A stretch of 64,000 bases of DNA from Basidiobolus meristosporus CBS 931.73 (lineage: Eukaryota > Fungi > Basidiobolomycota): positions 1 to 64,000 of the forward strand of contig MCFE01000103.1 of NCBI GenBank assembly GCA_002104905.1, in the 5' to 3' direction. The position numbers and the translations under genes were made by a program. The notes below the pieces were generated by a model that was not told the origin of the DNA, ran no database searches, and saw only the letters and a list, made by a program, of their open reading frames with translations. This document shows, one piece after another, positions 18,520 through 31,331 of the stretch; positions within the stretch are counted from its first letter, which is position 1, and every line of letters starts with the position of its first letter.

Positions 18520-20268
18520 CTATAGCTCAACATCAACTACATCGTTCTCTACTAAGAATGGATGGCGGAGTGCCTCCGAGGCGGTGATTCTCTCTTGAGG
18601 GTCCAACGACATACATCTCTTCAGTAGATCGAATGCTTCGACCGGGATATCCTTGAACCCGTTTGGATTCAGATACTTGATGAGCCGCTCCCACCCGATC
18701 GGATTGTCGTGGACCGTGGGGACGTTGGTGATGAAGGAACGATCTAACATCGCAAGGTTAGCTACGTGCTGCATGTTCGTGCGACTATTAGTGGGTAAAG
18801 CATTTACTTAACAGGGCTGCGGCGTGTTGCATGGCCTTCTTTCCGAACAAACACGCGATCTCCAGCAAGGCCTCTTGATCACTGTTGGAGTTGAAGAACG
18901 GGAACCGTTGGGACATCACGCATAGAAGAATCACCCCAGCCGACCAGATATCGATGGCGCCTGTTTGTTGGACGTGTTTGAACAGGACCTCAGGTGCTCG
19001 AAAGCCTCTGGTGCCCGCACGGTTGGCTCGAACGGCAGGCCTGCGTCAGTCAGATTTTGTTAGGGAGCCCACACCGTCGTACAAGTGCCCCTAGTTGCTA
19101 CCTACCTTGGGTCATTCTTGAGATACCCTGGACGTCCCTCTTGATCAACTATGCAAGGTGGTGGCGAGGTAAGTAAAACATTGGGCTTGCCATCACTTGG
19201 GCCGTCGGCAGGCTCGGTGCTGGTATGCTTGGGTTTTGGCTGCTCCTTTGGCGGACCCGTCCTCCCTCTACACAATCAAAGATTACTATCCGGTGATGAA
19301 CACAAACAGGTCGAAATGGCTCTACTTGTGCTAATCCGAAGTCCACCAAGGCCCCCTGCTGCTTTGCTACATTGTAAAGGAAGTTACTAGGCTTGATGTC
19401 CCGGTGGATGATTTTCTCCTTGTGGATGATCTCCAATGCACGGAACAAAGCTCTGAAATACGGCTTCATCTCCCCGATAGAGAGTTTCCGATAGAAATCC
19501 TGTAACAGGAACAGATCAGTCAGGAAGGAACCGAAGCGGTGATGATGAAGCGAGTGCGAACCCTGAAGTCGTCGTGCTCAAAGTACGGCAGGATAACCAC
19601 CACCTGGTCCTGGTGCCGGCAAGCGGTGATCAACGGTAGTATACAGTCGTGCCCGCTAGAACGAACAAAGAGGTTGGCTCCAAAGGAAGTTTGTAACTCG
19701 CTTGGGAACGTCTGCACTCACCTCAAGTCTCGAAGGATACTGATCTCGTTGGCAATTCGGGCCGGCGAACTTGTAACATAGATCCGTTTGATCGCCACAT
19801 AGACCGGCTCTTCTTGGAGTTTACGCTTCCGAAACTCTTTCAGCGCCAATTCCTCTGTGTTTGGTTCGGCTGGGCAGTAATGCTTCCACATACTATTGTC
19901 GTAAAGCTGATGATCCAGGTCGATCGCCTTGTAGACCGTGCTGAAAGTACCTAAGTACGAACGGGTCCACCAATTGGGGCTACTTTAAAACCTGAGGACA
20001 ACGAGGTGGAAAGGAGCCACAAACCTTCGCCGGTCTTTTCGAGCAACGTGTACTTCTCGGAGAGGCTGGGGAACGACTGGAGGAAACGATGCATCTCTCG
20101 CTGGGAGATTTCTCTCTGGAGGTCTCGTGTGTTGGGGGTGGCTTCTTCACTAGCACTTTCCTCCGAATCTTCTATTTGTTCGGGGCGAACCGGACGTTCC
20201 GGGGTTTGCTCCACTGAGATGTCCATGCTCTCAGTGGGTTTCGTTCGTTGTGGGGTCAAGCTTGCCAT
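18520..20268 (-). CDS. CDC7: Cdc7/Hsk1 (DDK) protein kinase, multi-exon
   Basis: GEG|TFSTVYKAID, SPARIANEISIL, HRDIKPSNFL, DFGLAQ, RANRAGTRGFRAPEVL (Cdc7 hallmark), RITASEALRHPF. Confidence 0.93.
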
Positions 20269-20560
20269 GAGCGATAACGAGTGACCAAAGATGCCCCTCA
20301 ATAAGATAGTACAAACAATCGCAGTGTTTATTGAGTGGGGAGAGATCATATTGGCCTTCGGGTGATCCCTCAATTTTCCGGCGCATCACTAAGTCAAATG
20401 TTAATCCACTTTCGGTCCCAACCTGTGTAAGTTCGAGAATCGATTAAGCCTTTTCTGGATTCAGTGCTGGTCCGGAGGTAGGTGGGCAGTATTCCGTAGT
20501 CAGGAAAAATTTCCCTTACCCACAACATACACCACTCACGGCAATCTCCAGACTAATTGA

Positions 20561-22168
20561 ATGTTTCGGCTCCAAAGGAAATCCCCTACCGCACTGCCAG
20601 CCATAGCCAGGAGATGGTTTGGTAAGCATGAGCTTTCCTTTGTTCCACAAGCCCCCCTTCCCGACACTAACCACTCTCCTCTGCCAAAGGTAACACCACT
20701 CCGGCGCGCGCCCTCCCCAAGCCAAGTTTGAACTTCAAGCACTTCAGGGATAATTTGGAGCACATAGAGAAGAACATCGTTTCTCGGAATTTGCGCTCGG
20801 TCAACGTGCGTCAGGTAGTCAACCTGTACGACAAATTCTGTGACCTGACCCAAGAAATCAACCACCTACGTAGCCAGCGTAACGATAAGGTCAAGGAGAT
20901 CGGAAAACTTGGCAAAGAGGCGAAAACGAAGGCCGGGCAGGTCCTGTTGGAAGCTGCCAAAGTGATTAAGGAAGCGCTGAAGGAAAAGGAGACTAGCTTC
21001 GAGGAACTTGAGAAGCAGCTATACAAGCTTGCCCTGAGCATTCCCAACGACACCCATCCCGAGGCACCCGTGGGCGAAGAGAAGAACGCGAAAGTTGTCA
21101 AGGTGGTAGGCGAGCCCAGAAAGGAGGACTGGAAATTGAAGGATCACGTCGAGCTGGCTCGCTCACTAGACTTGATCGACCTGGAGGCAGCCGCTGAGGT
21201 GACTGGATCTAGTTGGTACTATTTGAAAAACGCTGGCGCTCTTCTCGAGATCGGCTTGATTCAATATGCCATGGCCAAAGCAATGTCCAAAGGCTTCACG
21301 CCTGTGATCACCCCCGATGTGGTTAAGCTTGATGTCGCCCACTGCTGTGGCTACCAGCCGCGCGACAACGAGGCCACTCAGATATACAGCCTGAATTCCG
21401 ACGAGACCGCCGATAGCACTCACCAACTGTGTCTCACCGGAACCGCCGAGATTCCGCTCGCCGGACTGATGAGCAACAAGATCATTCCGGAAGAAAAGTT
21501 ACCAGTAAAGCTGGTCGGGTTTGGAAGAGCATTTAGAGCAGAGGCGGGTGCTAGAGGAGCGGACACGAAAGGGCTATATCGCGTACACCAGTTCAGTAAA
21601 GTGGAGCTGTTTACTTTCGCCAAGCCAGAGGACAGCAACAGGATGCTGGAGGAAATCAGGGCATTGGAAGAGGAGATATTCACGGATCTAGGGCTGTGCT
21701 TCAGGTACACGGACAGACTTGTCCACCGGTCTTCTCGTGGCTAACATTGAATTATTTCAGAATCCTCGACATGCCCACTGAGGAGCTTGGAGCCAGTGCT
21801 TACCGCAAGTACGATATGGAGGCTTGGATGCCAGGACGTAATGGGTGGGGAGAGGTAAGCGTGTCCCCTGTCGAAGCCAAGACCATGTGCTAACCTTTGC
21901 AAAGATCTCTAGCACCTCGAACTGTACCGACTACCAATCCCGCCGGTTAAACATCCGCTACCGCAGTGAGGCCTCGTCGAACAGCAAGTCCAAGAAGCCA
22001 AACGCGCTGGAATTCGTGCACACGCTGAACGGCACCGCCTGCGCCATTCCCCGCATGATTATTTCGATCTTGGAACAGTACCAGACCGAGGAAGGCCACG
22101 TGGTGGTTCCCAAGGTCTTGAGGCCATTCTTGGGCGGCCTCGAAGTCATCAAGCCACAAGGCGCGTGA
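20561..22168 (+). CDS. DIA4: Seryl-tRNA synthetase, probably mitochondrial, multi-exon
   Basis: Basic presequence [98 protein letters not shown]. Confidence 0.9.
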
Positions 22169-22533
22169 GGACCGTACCGGACTGAACCAAGCCTCCCCGC
22201 ACCGCACCGCACCCATCTTTTCCAGTATCTCATTTTGTCAATATGCATAACGATCGAACTTTTCCCAAAAATCCACCCAATTCAACCACACCACACATAC
22301 CACGAAAAATAAATTCTCGATCTCGAAAAAAAAGTTGCGCTCATCGCAATTGCACCAGGCACCAAACCCGTGTCTCCATATCCGTGACCAAATCCATCCC
22401 ATCGAAAAGAAAAAAAAACAAAGTCCGATATTTGAGCAGGAGATTGCTGGTCGGCGGGATCATAGTATAGGTGCGAGGTACCAGCGTCCCAGTCGGTTTT
22501 TTCAGTTCTTTCTTTTACTGTGTACTCTCCAAC

Positions 22534-25360
22534 ATGCCACCCAAAAGAGCAAAGAATGCTGGCAAAAAGGGTAAGCCTAACACCAACCGAGTGAAGGTCC
22601 CTTCCAAAGTGAAAGTCCCCAAGAGGCAGGGGAATGAGGATTCGGACGTGGAGCTCTCTGAAGACGACATCGGGTTCTTTGCTGAGCACTCCGGGTATTC
22701 TTCTTTCCTCTCCAGCCTAAATGCCGACGCACTTTCCAAGTTAGTATAGTTTCTCTCACCAGGGTGGGAGGGTGGCAAGTCCCGCTACCCGGATCTCTCC
22801 CGCCCACCTGTGTGCCCCGCGGAGCCCGCCTAACCCAACATTCATCTTACCCAGGAACGAGATCGTTACCGGGAAAAAGGCCACCACTGCGTTTGCCAAA
22901 GGGGCCAAGGCCGGCAAGGTGGATGATCTCGAGTTCGACACCGACTCTGACTTGGAGGAGTATGAGAAACAGCCTCGTAAGAGAAATGCGGAGTGGGAGG
23001 AGAAGTCCTTCAAGAAGCTTCCCATCAAAACTGCTGATGGTCGTATTGTGCAAGTAGCAGGTACCCCCGTTCTTTAGTATTACGTTGATCTGTTGGCACC
23101 GTTTATTAACTGATGTCTACAGAGGAGCCTGTTGACGAGGATGAGGATAACAGTGAGAAGGAGCTGGATAATCAGGTCGACAGTTCGGAGGAAGGCGGAG
23201 TCACCGACGAGGAGGCTGGGGATATGGATGATGAGGAGGAAGAGGAAGAGGCGGTTCCAGAAATGGCCCAAGTCGAAGCAGAGCCTAAGATCTCCAAGAA
23301 GCAGTACATCATCACAAAAAAAGAGAAGCTTGCCGAACTTGCCCAGGAGATCATCGAGGATCCCGAGAAGAATGTATGTAGACGTATGAGGAGTACGCGA
23401 GAGCTTACCGACCGTTCTCTAACCTGATTCACGCTAGATCGAGAAGCTGAAGGGCCTCCGAGACATCGCCAAAGAGCAAAACAGCACTATCAAGAAGTTC
23501 GCGTTTCTCACTCAGCTAGCAGTCTACAAGGATATCATTCCTGGGTAAGGGTCGAATCACTCTTCCTGCCGCACCACCATCGACCCTTCTAACCGAGCGA
23601 TTCATTCTTCAGCTATCGCATTCGTAACTACACCGAGCAGGAGCTTACCGCCAAGCTCTCCAAAGATGTCAAGAAGCTTCGCAACTACGAAGAAACCCTC
23701 TTGCAGAATTATCAGGCCTATCTTCAATCGCTGGAGAATGCTCACAAAAGTAGGTCGTGTTATTTACCGTTGGGGTGCATCGCATCAAATGCTAATCCCT
23801 TTGCAACAGACCACAACGACCCCAATGTCGAGCCCGACGACTTGTCCATCGTTGCCATCCGTTGTCTGTGCGATCTCCTCACCAGTGTAACCCATTTCAA
23901 CTTCCGTCTTAACATCATGACAGTCATCATCTCGAGAATGGGAACCAAGCACCCCAACAAGGTCAGTGTGAATCCACAGCTATGACTCCTTTTGCCCCGC
24001 TGAGCCAAATGGGTTTTTAGATTTCGGAGATGTGCTGCCAGGCGGTTATCGAGCTTTTCCAGAACGATGAGTCCGGGGAGGCTAGCGAGGATGCGGTCAA
24101 GCTGATTGCCAAGATGATCAAATCCAAGGCATACCTGGTGAACGACGAGGTAAGACCCATCACAGTGAATACCCACGCTCCACAGCACACTTAAGAAGGC
24201 CTTCCATAGGCTCTGAACACCTTCCTTCACCTGAGATTGAGAGACGAGCTGGTGATCCATCAGGATGACGACAAGAGTATCAAAAGAAAGAAGAAGGACA
24301 GAGCACACAGGTCTCGTAAGGCCCGTAAGATTGCCAAGGAGAACAAGGAGATCGAGAAAGAGATGAAGGAGGCTGAGGCTGAGATCGACTACGACCACAA
24401 GCGTAAGGTGCAAACCGAAACACTGAAGCACGTCTTCACCACCTATTTCCGTATCCTCAAGCATGCCCAAACCTCGCCACTCCTTCCCTCGGTGCTCGAA
24501 GGCCTAGCAGTGTAAGCTCTTGCCCCGACCCCATGGCGCTATCTGTTGCCGCTGCTAACGACTCCCATATAGGTTCGGCCACTTGATCAACGTCGATTTC
24601 TTCCAGGACTTGTTGAAGGTTCTGAAAAAGATCATGGCCGCCGACGAGGAAAACCCGGATCAGATGGTGCTCTCCACCAGATCCTCATTGCTGTGTATCC
24701 TCACCGCCTTCCAGATCCTGTCCGGCCAGGGCGAAGCGCTGAACATCGATCTGAAGGATTTCTTCGAGCATCTTTATTCGGTGATGATGCCACTGGCGCT
24801 GAACATGAACGTCGATGGTCAGTCGCAAGAGGTGGAGAAGCCTCAGACCGACAAGAAGTACACCCTGCTTAGTGAAGCCGAACTATTGCTCAAGAACATT
24901 GACATGTTGCTGATCCAGCGTCGTCACGTAAGTCCCCCTTTCCCACGAGACTCGACCGAACTCTCCTCTCACCCAGGCAATCGTAGGTCCCGCCCGAGAG
25001 AGCTGCAGCTTTCCTGAAGCGACTTGCGTTGATCATGCTTGATTTCCCGGAAAAGGTGGTCATCCAATGCTTGAACATGCTTCGCAAGCTCATGGTGAAA
25101 TATCCCAAACTCGATGCCTTGCTGTCCTCGGAGGACCGGGCGGGTAACGGGATCTATTTGAAGGAACTGAACGACCCGGAGCTCTGCAACCCCTTTGCCA
25201 CCAGTCTCTGGGAGTTGGCATTACTTCAGGTAAGTCCCCACGTCTCAACCGATCTTCCGTTCGCATCCACTAACTCGACCCCCTCCTCCAGAACCACTAC
25301 AACCCGAAGATCCGGGCCATGTCGGAGGATCTGATGAAGTACTCCACTGAAAATCATTAA
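22534..25360 (+). CDS. NOC3: Nucleolar complex protein 3 (Noc3, CBF domain), multi-exon
   Basis: KKLPIKTADG, LAELAQEIIEDPEKN, AVYKDIIPGYRIR, HFNFRLNIM, YFRILK, VLEGLA..GHLINVDFF, LNDPELCNPFATSLWEL. Confidence 0.9.
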
Positions 25361-25567
25361 TTCCCATCCGGTCACGATCCCGATCCCGATCCCGGTCACG
25401 ATTCAATCATTTCGTCATGCCATCTAAATCCATGTATAATTTCTATATAGACACCCCGTTTAAAAGGAAGTTTTAGACAATTTCAATAAACCCAGTGTTG
25501 GTCAATTGCCATTGGTATAAATCCTCCTCCCCCTGCCACTCCCACACACTTTACTCTGCAGCTTGCC

Positions 25568-26051
25568 ATGTTGAACAGCACCCCTTCTATGCCCTCACGC
25601 TCGTTATCGGTTCCTGGACTTCCGGCGGGTAGTAGAGACGGCGGTGGTGGTGGTGGCGAGGCGAACACTGCCATGTCTCGACGTAGCCATTCTTTTCAAC
25701 TAAACACCGAACCACCAAACCATACCCGCCGGAATACCATACAGCTCTCCAACATGGAGCCTGATTCCACCCAATTCTGGGGATACGCCTCCCTGTTGGT
25801 CACCTACCTTCTATTCATCTCCTCTATGTATGCCATAGTCGTGAGCAAGTACATCCCCTACACAGGTAACAAGGTAAACGGAGTCGTGTTTCGTGGTTTC
25901 ACCAACTCCCACAACTGACTCCAGTCAACAGTATCTAGACTGGATCAAAGAGGACACCTATTACTGCCTTTTACTGCCTATCACTTTATTCGTGTCGGTG
26001 TACGCGGTCTTCTGGAATTGGATGGGGATGAAGTTCTTCAGACATAACTAA
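25568..26051 (+). CDS. PIGY: PIG-Y-like small membrane subunit of GPI-GlcNAc transferase, 2 exons
   Basis: FWGYASLLVTYLLFISSMYAIVVSKYIPYTGNK|YLDWIKEDTYYCLLLP...WNWMGMKFFRHN, the pattern I recognise for the fungal PIG-Y family; intron 25874-25931. Confidence 0.72.
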
Positions 26052-26149
26052 CGGGTCCTTTTTGCGGTCGAGCCTCGCGGTCAAAGGTGAAGTATACAGG
26101 TATTCCATCGTCCCCTACGGCGCTGAGCCCCTCCTCCACCCAACCCAAC

Positions 26150-26874
26150 CTATTTGGTCCCTAGCAGCGCCTGGTGTAAAAAATGCACGCTCCTTGCCAG
26201 CAATATGGCAGGGAGGAAGATCCAGGGGGAATTACTGGACACGAAGTAAACCCAGAAGTAGTATCGTTGCGGTGCGCAACCCGGGTTCCCGTCCACCATA
26301 CTCGTCAGCATGTACAAACCAGTCACCAATAAATGGCACAGCGAGCAGATTGCAAGATACAAGTGGCTCACCACTGAGCCGACGTACACCAGATAACTAG
26401 TGTAGAAGCACATGGGGCCTACAAAAACCTAGGAACTTGCCGTTAGTCAAAGGTTCGGTTCCGTGCCATGCTGGTGCGACGCTCCCCACCAGCCACCCTC
26501 CATCGATGGCTTATACTCACGAGCATGATGACCTCGGAACACCACAACAGTGTGTTACTCGTTACATATCTGGAGTCGCATTTCGCGTACTCTTTCCACA
26601 TCTGTGCGATGATGAAGTTGTCCGAAGCCATGGATCGGTGGAAGAGCACGAAGTACGCCTGCAATGTGCAGTGGACGAAGCCAGAGAGAATGAGCCATGT
26701 GAAGATCATCCCCTCGACGACCGGGAGGCCCTTTGAATGGGCGGCCAAGGAGGCGGCGGTGACCAGCAGCCCCACCACGGTCAGGATCCCGCCCAGGGTG
26801 AGACTCAGTGGATAGCTCGGCGCCACATAATTGGGCAAGACCAGGCTTCTTGGGTAGTATGGATGGGATGACAT
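26150..26874 (-). CDS. EBP/EXPERA-family sterol Delta8-Delta7 isomerase homolog, 2 exons
   Basis: HPYYP N-terminus, WKEYAKCDSRY, EVIML|VFVGP, YYFWVYFVSSNSPW; several TM helices. Confidence 0.85.
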
Positions 26875-27278
26875 GGCACCAGAAATGGAAAATCCGCCCC
26901 CCACTCCGACCGCATTGCCCATTTTATATTCCATTTTGGTCGGAACGTACCCCGTTCAATGCATTGCATCCCTAGTGGGGTAAATTGGTAAATGGCCCTG
27001 GTCTGAACGCATACGTTGCCAAAAATGGCCAGATTCATGTTGAAGCCTGTACGGAGCAGATTGGGCCAGGCGTATATATGGTCTTTATGAAGCTTTATTC
27101 AGTCTCAGCGCTGTGTGCCTGCCATAAGACACTCCTAGTAATATTCCTTATTCTGGTCGGGGACGGATAAGTGATTATGTGAGATATTCACAGGAATTAT
27201 TTACATATTTAACAACGTAAATAGCGACCGGCTGATCACTACGTGAATGTTGAAAAGGGGTGGGTGATTCGCGAACAA

Positions 27279-28815
27279 TCAATTGTCCAAGATCCGCCAT
27301 AAGGGACACGAATCCTTGCGGGGGGTGGGTATAGGCTCCGCTGCAGAGCTGCGGGTGGATGGGCTGTGGCTCATGGTAAATGCACCGTGGTTGATGTTTC
27401 CAAGTGGATGCTGGGTATTGGGGCTGGTGAGGGATAAAGGGGAATTCAGCGTCATGTGGACTTGGGAGGAATCTATTTTGTAGCTTTCTTGGTTGATGGA
27501 GTTCTTCAGCACTTTGAGCCAGCGCTGACGACATTGGTGATAGCTCCGGCCGGGGACTTCTTTGGATATCTGCTGCCAGTTGGTGCATCCATAATGGCCC
27601 ACTGCTTTGCGCAGCAATGTGTCCTCTTCGGGTGTCCACTTCAGGTAAGGCGAGCGGACCTTAGCTTGGATATCTGGACAACTAAAGGTGGATATGAGGT
27701 ATGGGGCGGTTTTGTTGACTTTGATTTGGTGATCAGTTACTACCGGCTGCAACAAAGGTCTAAAGCTCGAATTGGTCGAATTGCCTGATGTGCTGGTGGG
27801 GCTCTTTTCGGGTGTGGCCCGGCTTGGCGAGGAAAGCTGGGCCGGCTTCTCACCAACTGGATTGACATTCTAAGTGGGCTCAGTCAACAAAATCGCCATA
27901 TATTTCCTTGACAAGTGAGGACTCCTACCTGGGAAGGGCTGCATTCCACTCTGGTCTGCTTTGGCAAGCCAGGGTTCTCGTGCTCGAAATGGATGAAGGA
28001 GTACGGCTTCGACTGCGGCGTAGGCTTGGGCTCCTCAGGGCTCTTTGGGCGAAGAAAATTGTGGTCAGATCGGGCAGGAACCACTCAACACGGGGTATAA
28101 TCACCTTTTTTGCGAGTCGCTTTTCTTTCTGTTTTCTATGCTTATACTATTGTAGGGGGAGGGGAGATCAGTGCCAAGAGCGCATATTCAAGTGGATCAA
28201 ATAGATACTGCAGACCTTGAGGACTCGTTTCTTTAACCGATCCACCGTCCCGTAGGACTCCTCCAACTTCTGGTTTAGCAATAGGATTTCTTGGGATCGA
28301 AGGCTCTGCTCTACACAGGTTTTAAGCCGAATGTCCTGGTTGGTGGTCCGATAATACTCTTTGGTCGACCTCAGCTCTCTGCGAAGAAACTCGGTTTCCA
28401 TTTGCGCCTTTGATAACTAAGAGTCTGGTTATTTCAGGGGGACTGTACTAGCCAACTCTCAAGTCTACACACGGTATATACCTGAGTTTGAAACGATTCC
28501 TGTTGGGTCGTCATCAACGTCTCCAGGTGGCTGCTATATTCAAGTAATCGCTCCAACTACCAAGTGGAAAGGTTAGCCTGATAAACGGGCCATCAGCAAA
28601 GTGGGTCCAGCTACCTGTTGCTTAAGCTGACTGGAATCAGTCGGCTCCATGGAGGCCTTTCTCTACGAGGGAAGAAAGGTTAAGCCACTTGGATACGTAT
28701 ATAAATATGCGTGCACTTGGAAGGAACAAAGGAATGGCGGAGTCACCTTGAGAAGTCGTCCGGAGAGAGGGGATGTGTCGGAGGCGCTTGATGGGGGCGA
28801 GTTGAAGCTTGACAT
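27279..28815 (-). CDS. Protein with N-terminal coiled coil and a single Myb/SANT repeat, multi-exon (model partly inferred)
   Basis: Myb repeat KWTPEEDTLLRKAVGHYGCTNWQQISKEVPGRSYHQCRQRWLKVL is unambiguous. Upstream exons (MSSFNSPP..., LERLLEYSSHLE..., METEFLRRELRS..., SPEEPKP...) join through GT-AG introns, but one junction near 28100-28150 is ambiguous. Confidence 0.65.
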
Positions 28816-30363
28816 AGAAACGAGAACAAAGGCGGTCAGCCAGCAAACAAGGCCAGAAAAAGGATGGAGGTAAAGGAAGGACGATATGCTTAAGGCGACA
28901 GAAGAAACCCAGGAGAAAATCAATTGCGACACAGGTAGGAAAGAAGAGCAGATTTATTATGAGACACCATGGCCTCCTAAGGGAATTTATTCTAGGTCAG
29001 GAAATTATGCTGAAGTAGCCTGAATGCGCTAGTTCCTAGAAAAGGAGATCATCTTAAACTGTTCCTTAGCTCATTTTGTACAATAAGACCAACTTGCCGC
29101 TGGTTCCAAATATGGTATGATCACCTCTATAACCTTCATGTGGATGTTCCCACCAGAAACCGGTTATCAATAATGTTACCTGGATCCTTCATTCTATTTT
29201 GGCCATTTCGCATCAATTAGCTACTGGGATCCGTATTTCGAGCTTGGCTATCCATTTCTTATCAATAATGTTACTAGGATCCGTATCACTGTTTTCTCTC
29301 CTTTTAGAGAGCCAATCGCCAATGATTTAATCCTGACTTGGCCATCGCGACTTCTGATGTTTCATTCAGTGGCTGTTGACACTGACACAAAAAAGGGGTT
29401 GGCTTGCGCGGTCGGTGGTGTGTGTTGTCTCGCTCACCTTACTTGTTTTTCTGCTTCGAACACGATATAGATGAGCCATAGCAGTCTCCTCAGATAAGCG
29501 TGCCTTGCTACAGGTTTCAAAGTTCCTTGAAACGGTCAGCGTTCTGTTCCTCTGCCACTCTATCTTGCAGGGATAGACTCTGACCTATCAAACCCCGGCG
29601 TATCTGTAAGTTTTATAAAGGTGGCACCCCGCTGTGATGACCATATATGTGGCGGCATGTGGCCGGAAGACTCTTCCTCATTTCATAACCAACCCTACGC
29701 CGTGGCTCAAGACGCTTCATTCAAAGCTCCCGATTTCGCTCTCGGCATCTCCCTGAAGAGTGCTCGTAAACACGCTTGCTCTTCCACTGCGAGTCAGCTG
29801 GTTTGACTGAAAATGGGAAGCGTAGCCATGTACACATACTTCTAGGAGGCACTCACCTGTTTGCTTGAGACGACTGCAGCTCAAGAATATTTAACAAGGT
29901 CACATGCATTCCCCTATAAGTAGCCTCTTGACATCTCTTTCAGTGGAATAACAGTATCCCTCTGGTTGGGAACGAGAGAAAGGCATTCATCAAATCAAGG
30001 AAGCACTCTCATCCAAGAATGAGCGCAGGCAATCGAAATGAAATCAATGGCTAATCTGGGCCGTCGTGGAAATTTATTAATCAATAGCTGATCAAATACG
30101 CCAAACCTTCTCTCGCTATATCAATCCTAGAAAAGCACGCGTGCCACCCAAATCCTCGCTATCAGTTCCAAATTCGGCCGGTTGGATTTCCCTTTAGAAC
30201 AAACCATGCGACACTCCGCACTTATCTTGCCCAGAATATCCCTTAGTGACCACCTATATAAACGCTTGGCACTACCAAAGCTCTCTTGGATTCAGATGCG
30301 ACCTTGACTCGAGTTCGAAGGAAGCGCTGGCACATATCTGATCTTTCCCGTTTGCGTGTGAAC

Positions 30364-31331
30364 ATGAGCGAGAATAGCCTTCTGAACGGGAAGAACGTCC
30401 GTTCGTACAACTCGGTGGAATTCCCAACCGACAAGGAACCCTCCCACCCCTCATGGATCAGAGCAGCTATCTGGGGGTTCGCCTTTCTGGCGGTTGCTGT
30501 TCTGGTCACCTTCCTCTGTATAATCAGCATCCCGTTACCCATACAAGAGCCCTTAATAACCACTCCCAAGGTGTTGTCGAATTACTCTCGAGTGATTGTC
30601 GTGGGGGATGTTCATGGCAATTTGAAGCCCTTTAATCGGTTGTTGGAGGCCCTAGATTTGAGACCAAACGATGTGGTTGTGTTAGCAGGGGACATGACCA
30701 CCAAAGGTCCGGATTCCATGGGGGTTCTACGCAGAGCCATGGAGATAGGGGCCCTATGTGTTCGTGGTAACCATGACCACACCGTCATCCGCTGGAGAAA
30801 TCTGTTGAGTAGCTACGGCGAGAGTAAGATTAAGAAGAGAAAGCTACCGGCTGATTTGGACATGGAGACGGAGCATTACCAGCTGGCCAAGTAAGGATCC
30901 GATGACCCACCCATTAGCCAATATACTAATCCACCTTCTAACTTAGATCACTTCCAGAGGAACTGTTCCAATATCTGGAAAGTAGCCCCGTGATCCTATC
31001 AGTGCCTCGGCTTTCGATGTACGTCGTTCACGCTGGGTTCAATCCCTTTTTGAGCGTTGACCAGCAAAAGCTGGAAGAGGTCATCAGCATACGTAACATC
31101 GTCGACGGCGAGCCGACTAGTGAGAACTCGGTCGGTACGCCCTGGTGGAAGCTGTGGAATGCCAAACAGTCGTCCCTGTCGGAGCCGACGACCGTGGTCT
31201 ACGGACACACCGCAAGCTTGGGGCTCAACCTCCGAGAATACTCCATTGGACTGGACAGCGGCTGTGGTAAAGGGAAGAAACTCAGCGCGATGATATTTCC
31301 CGAGCACACGCTGGTCCAGGTGAAGTGCTAG
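30364..31331 (+). CDS. Calcineurin-like metallophosphoesterase with N-terminal TM anchor (Ppn2/ApaH-like), 2 exons
   Basis: VGDVHG, AGDMTTKGP, VRGNHD, VHAG, YGH and GLDSGC motifs; TM segment AIWGFAFLAVAVLVTFLCII. Confidence 0.88.

Noticed and set aside
20269-20560. CDC7 / mitochondrial SerRS bidirectional promoter as a functional link
   Set aside because: Short head-to-head spacing is ordinary in this compact gene block.
12708-24470. Long alternative ORFs in the track (e.g. 12708-13358 +, 14348-14959 +, 17813-18235 -, 23760-24470 -)
   Set aside because: Antisense shadows of well-supported genes; no independent motifs.
9649-26051. GPI-biosynthesis gene cluster (PIG-X and PIG-Y)
   Set aside because: 16 kb apart with unrelated housekeeping genes between; no evidence beyond chance linkage.
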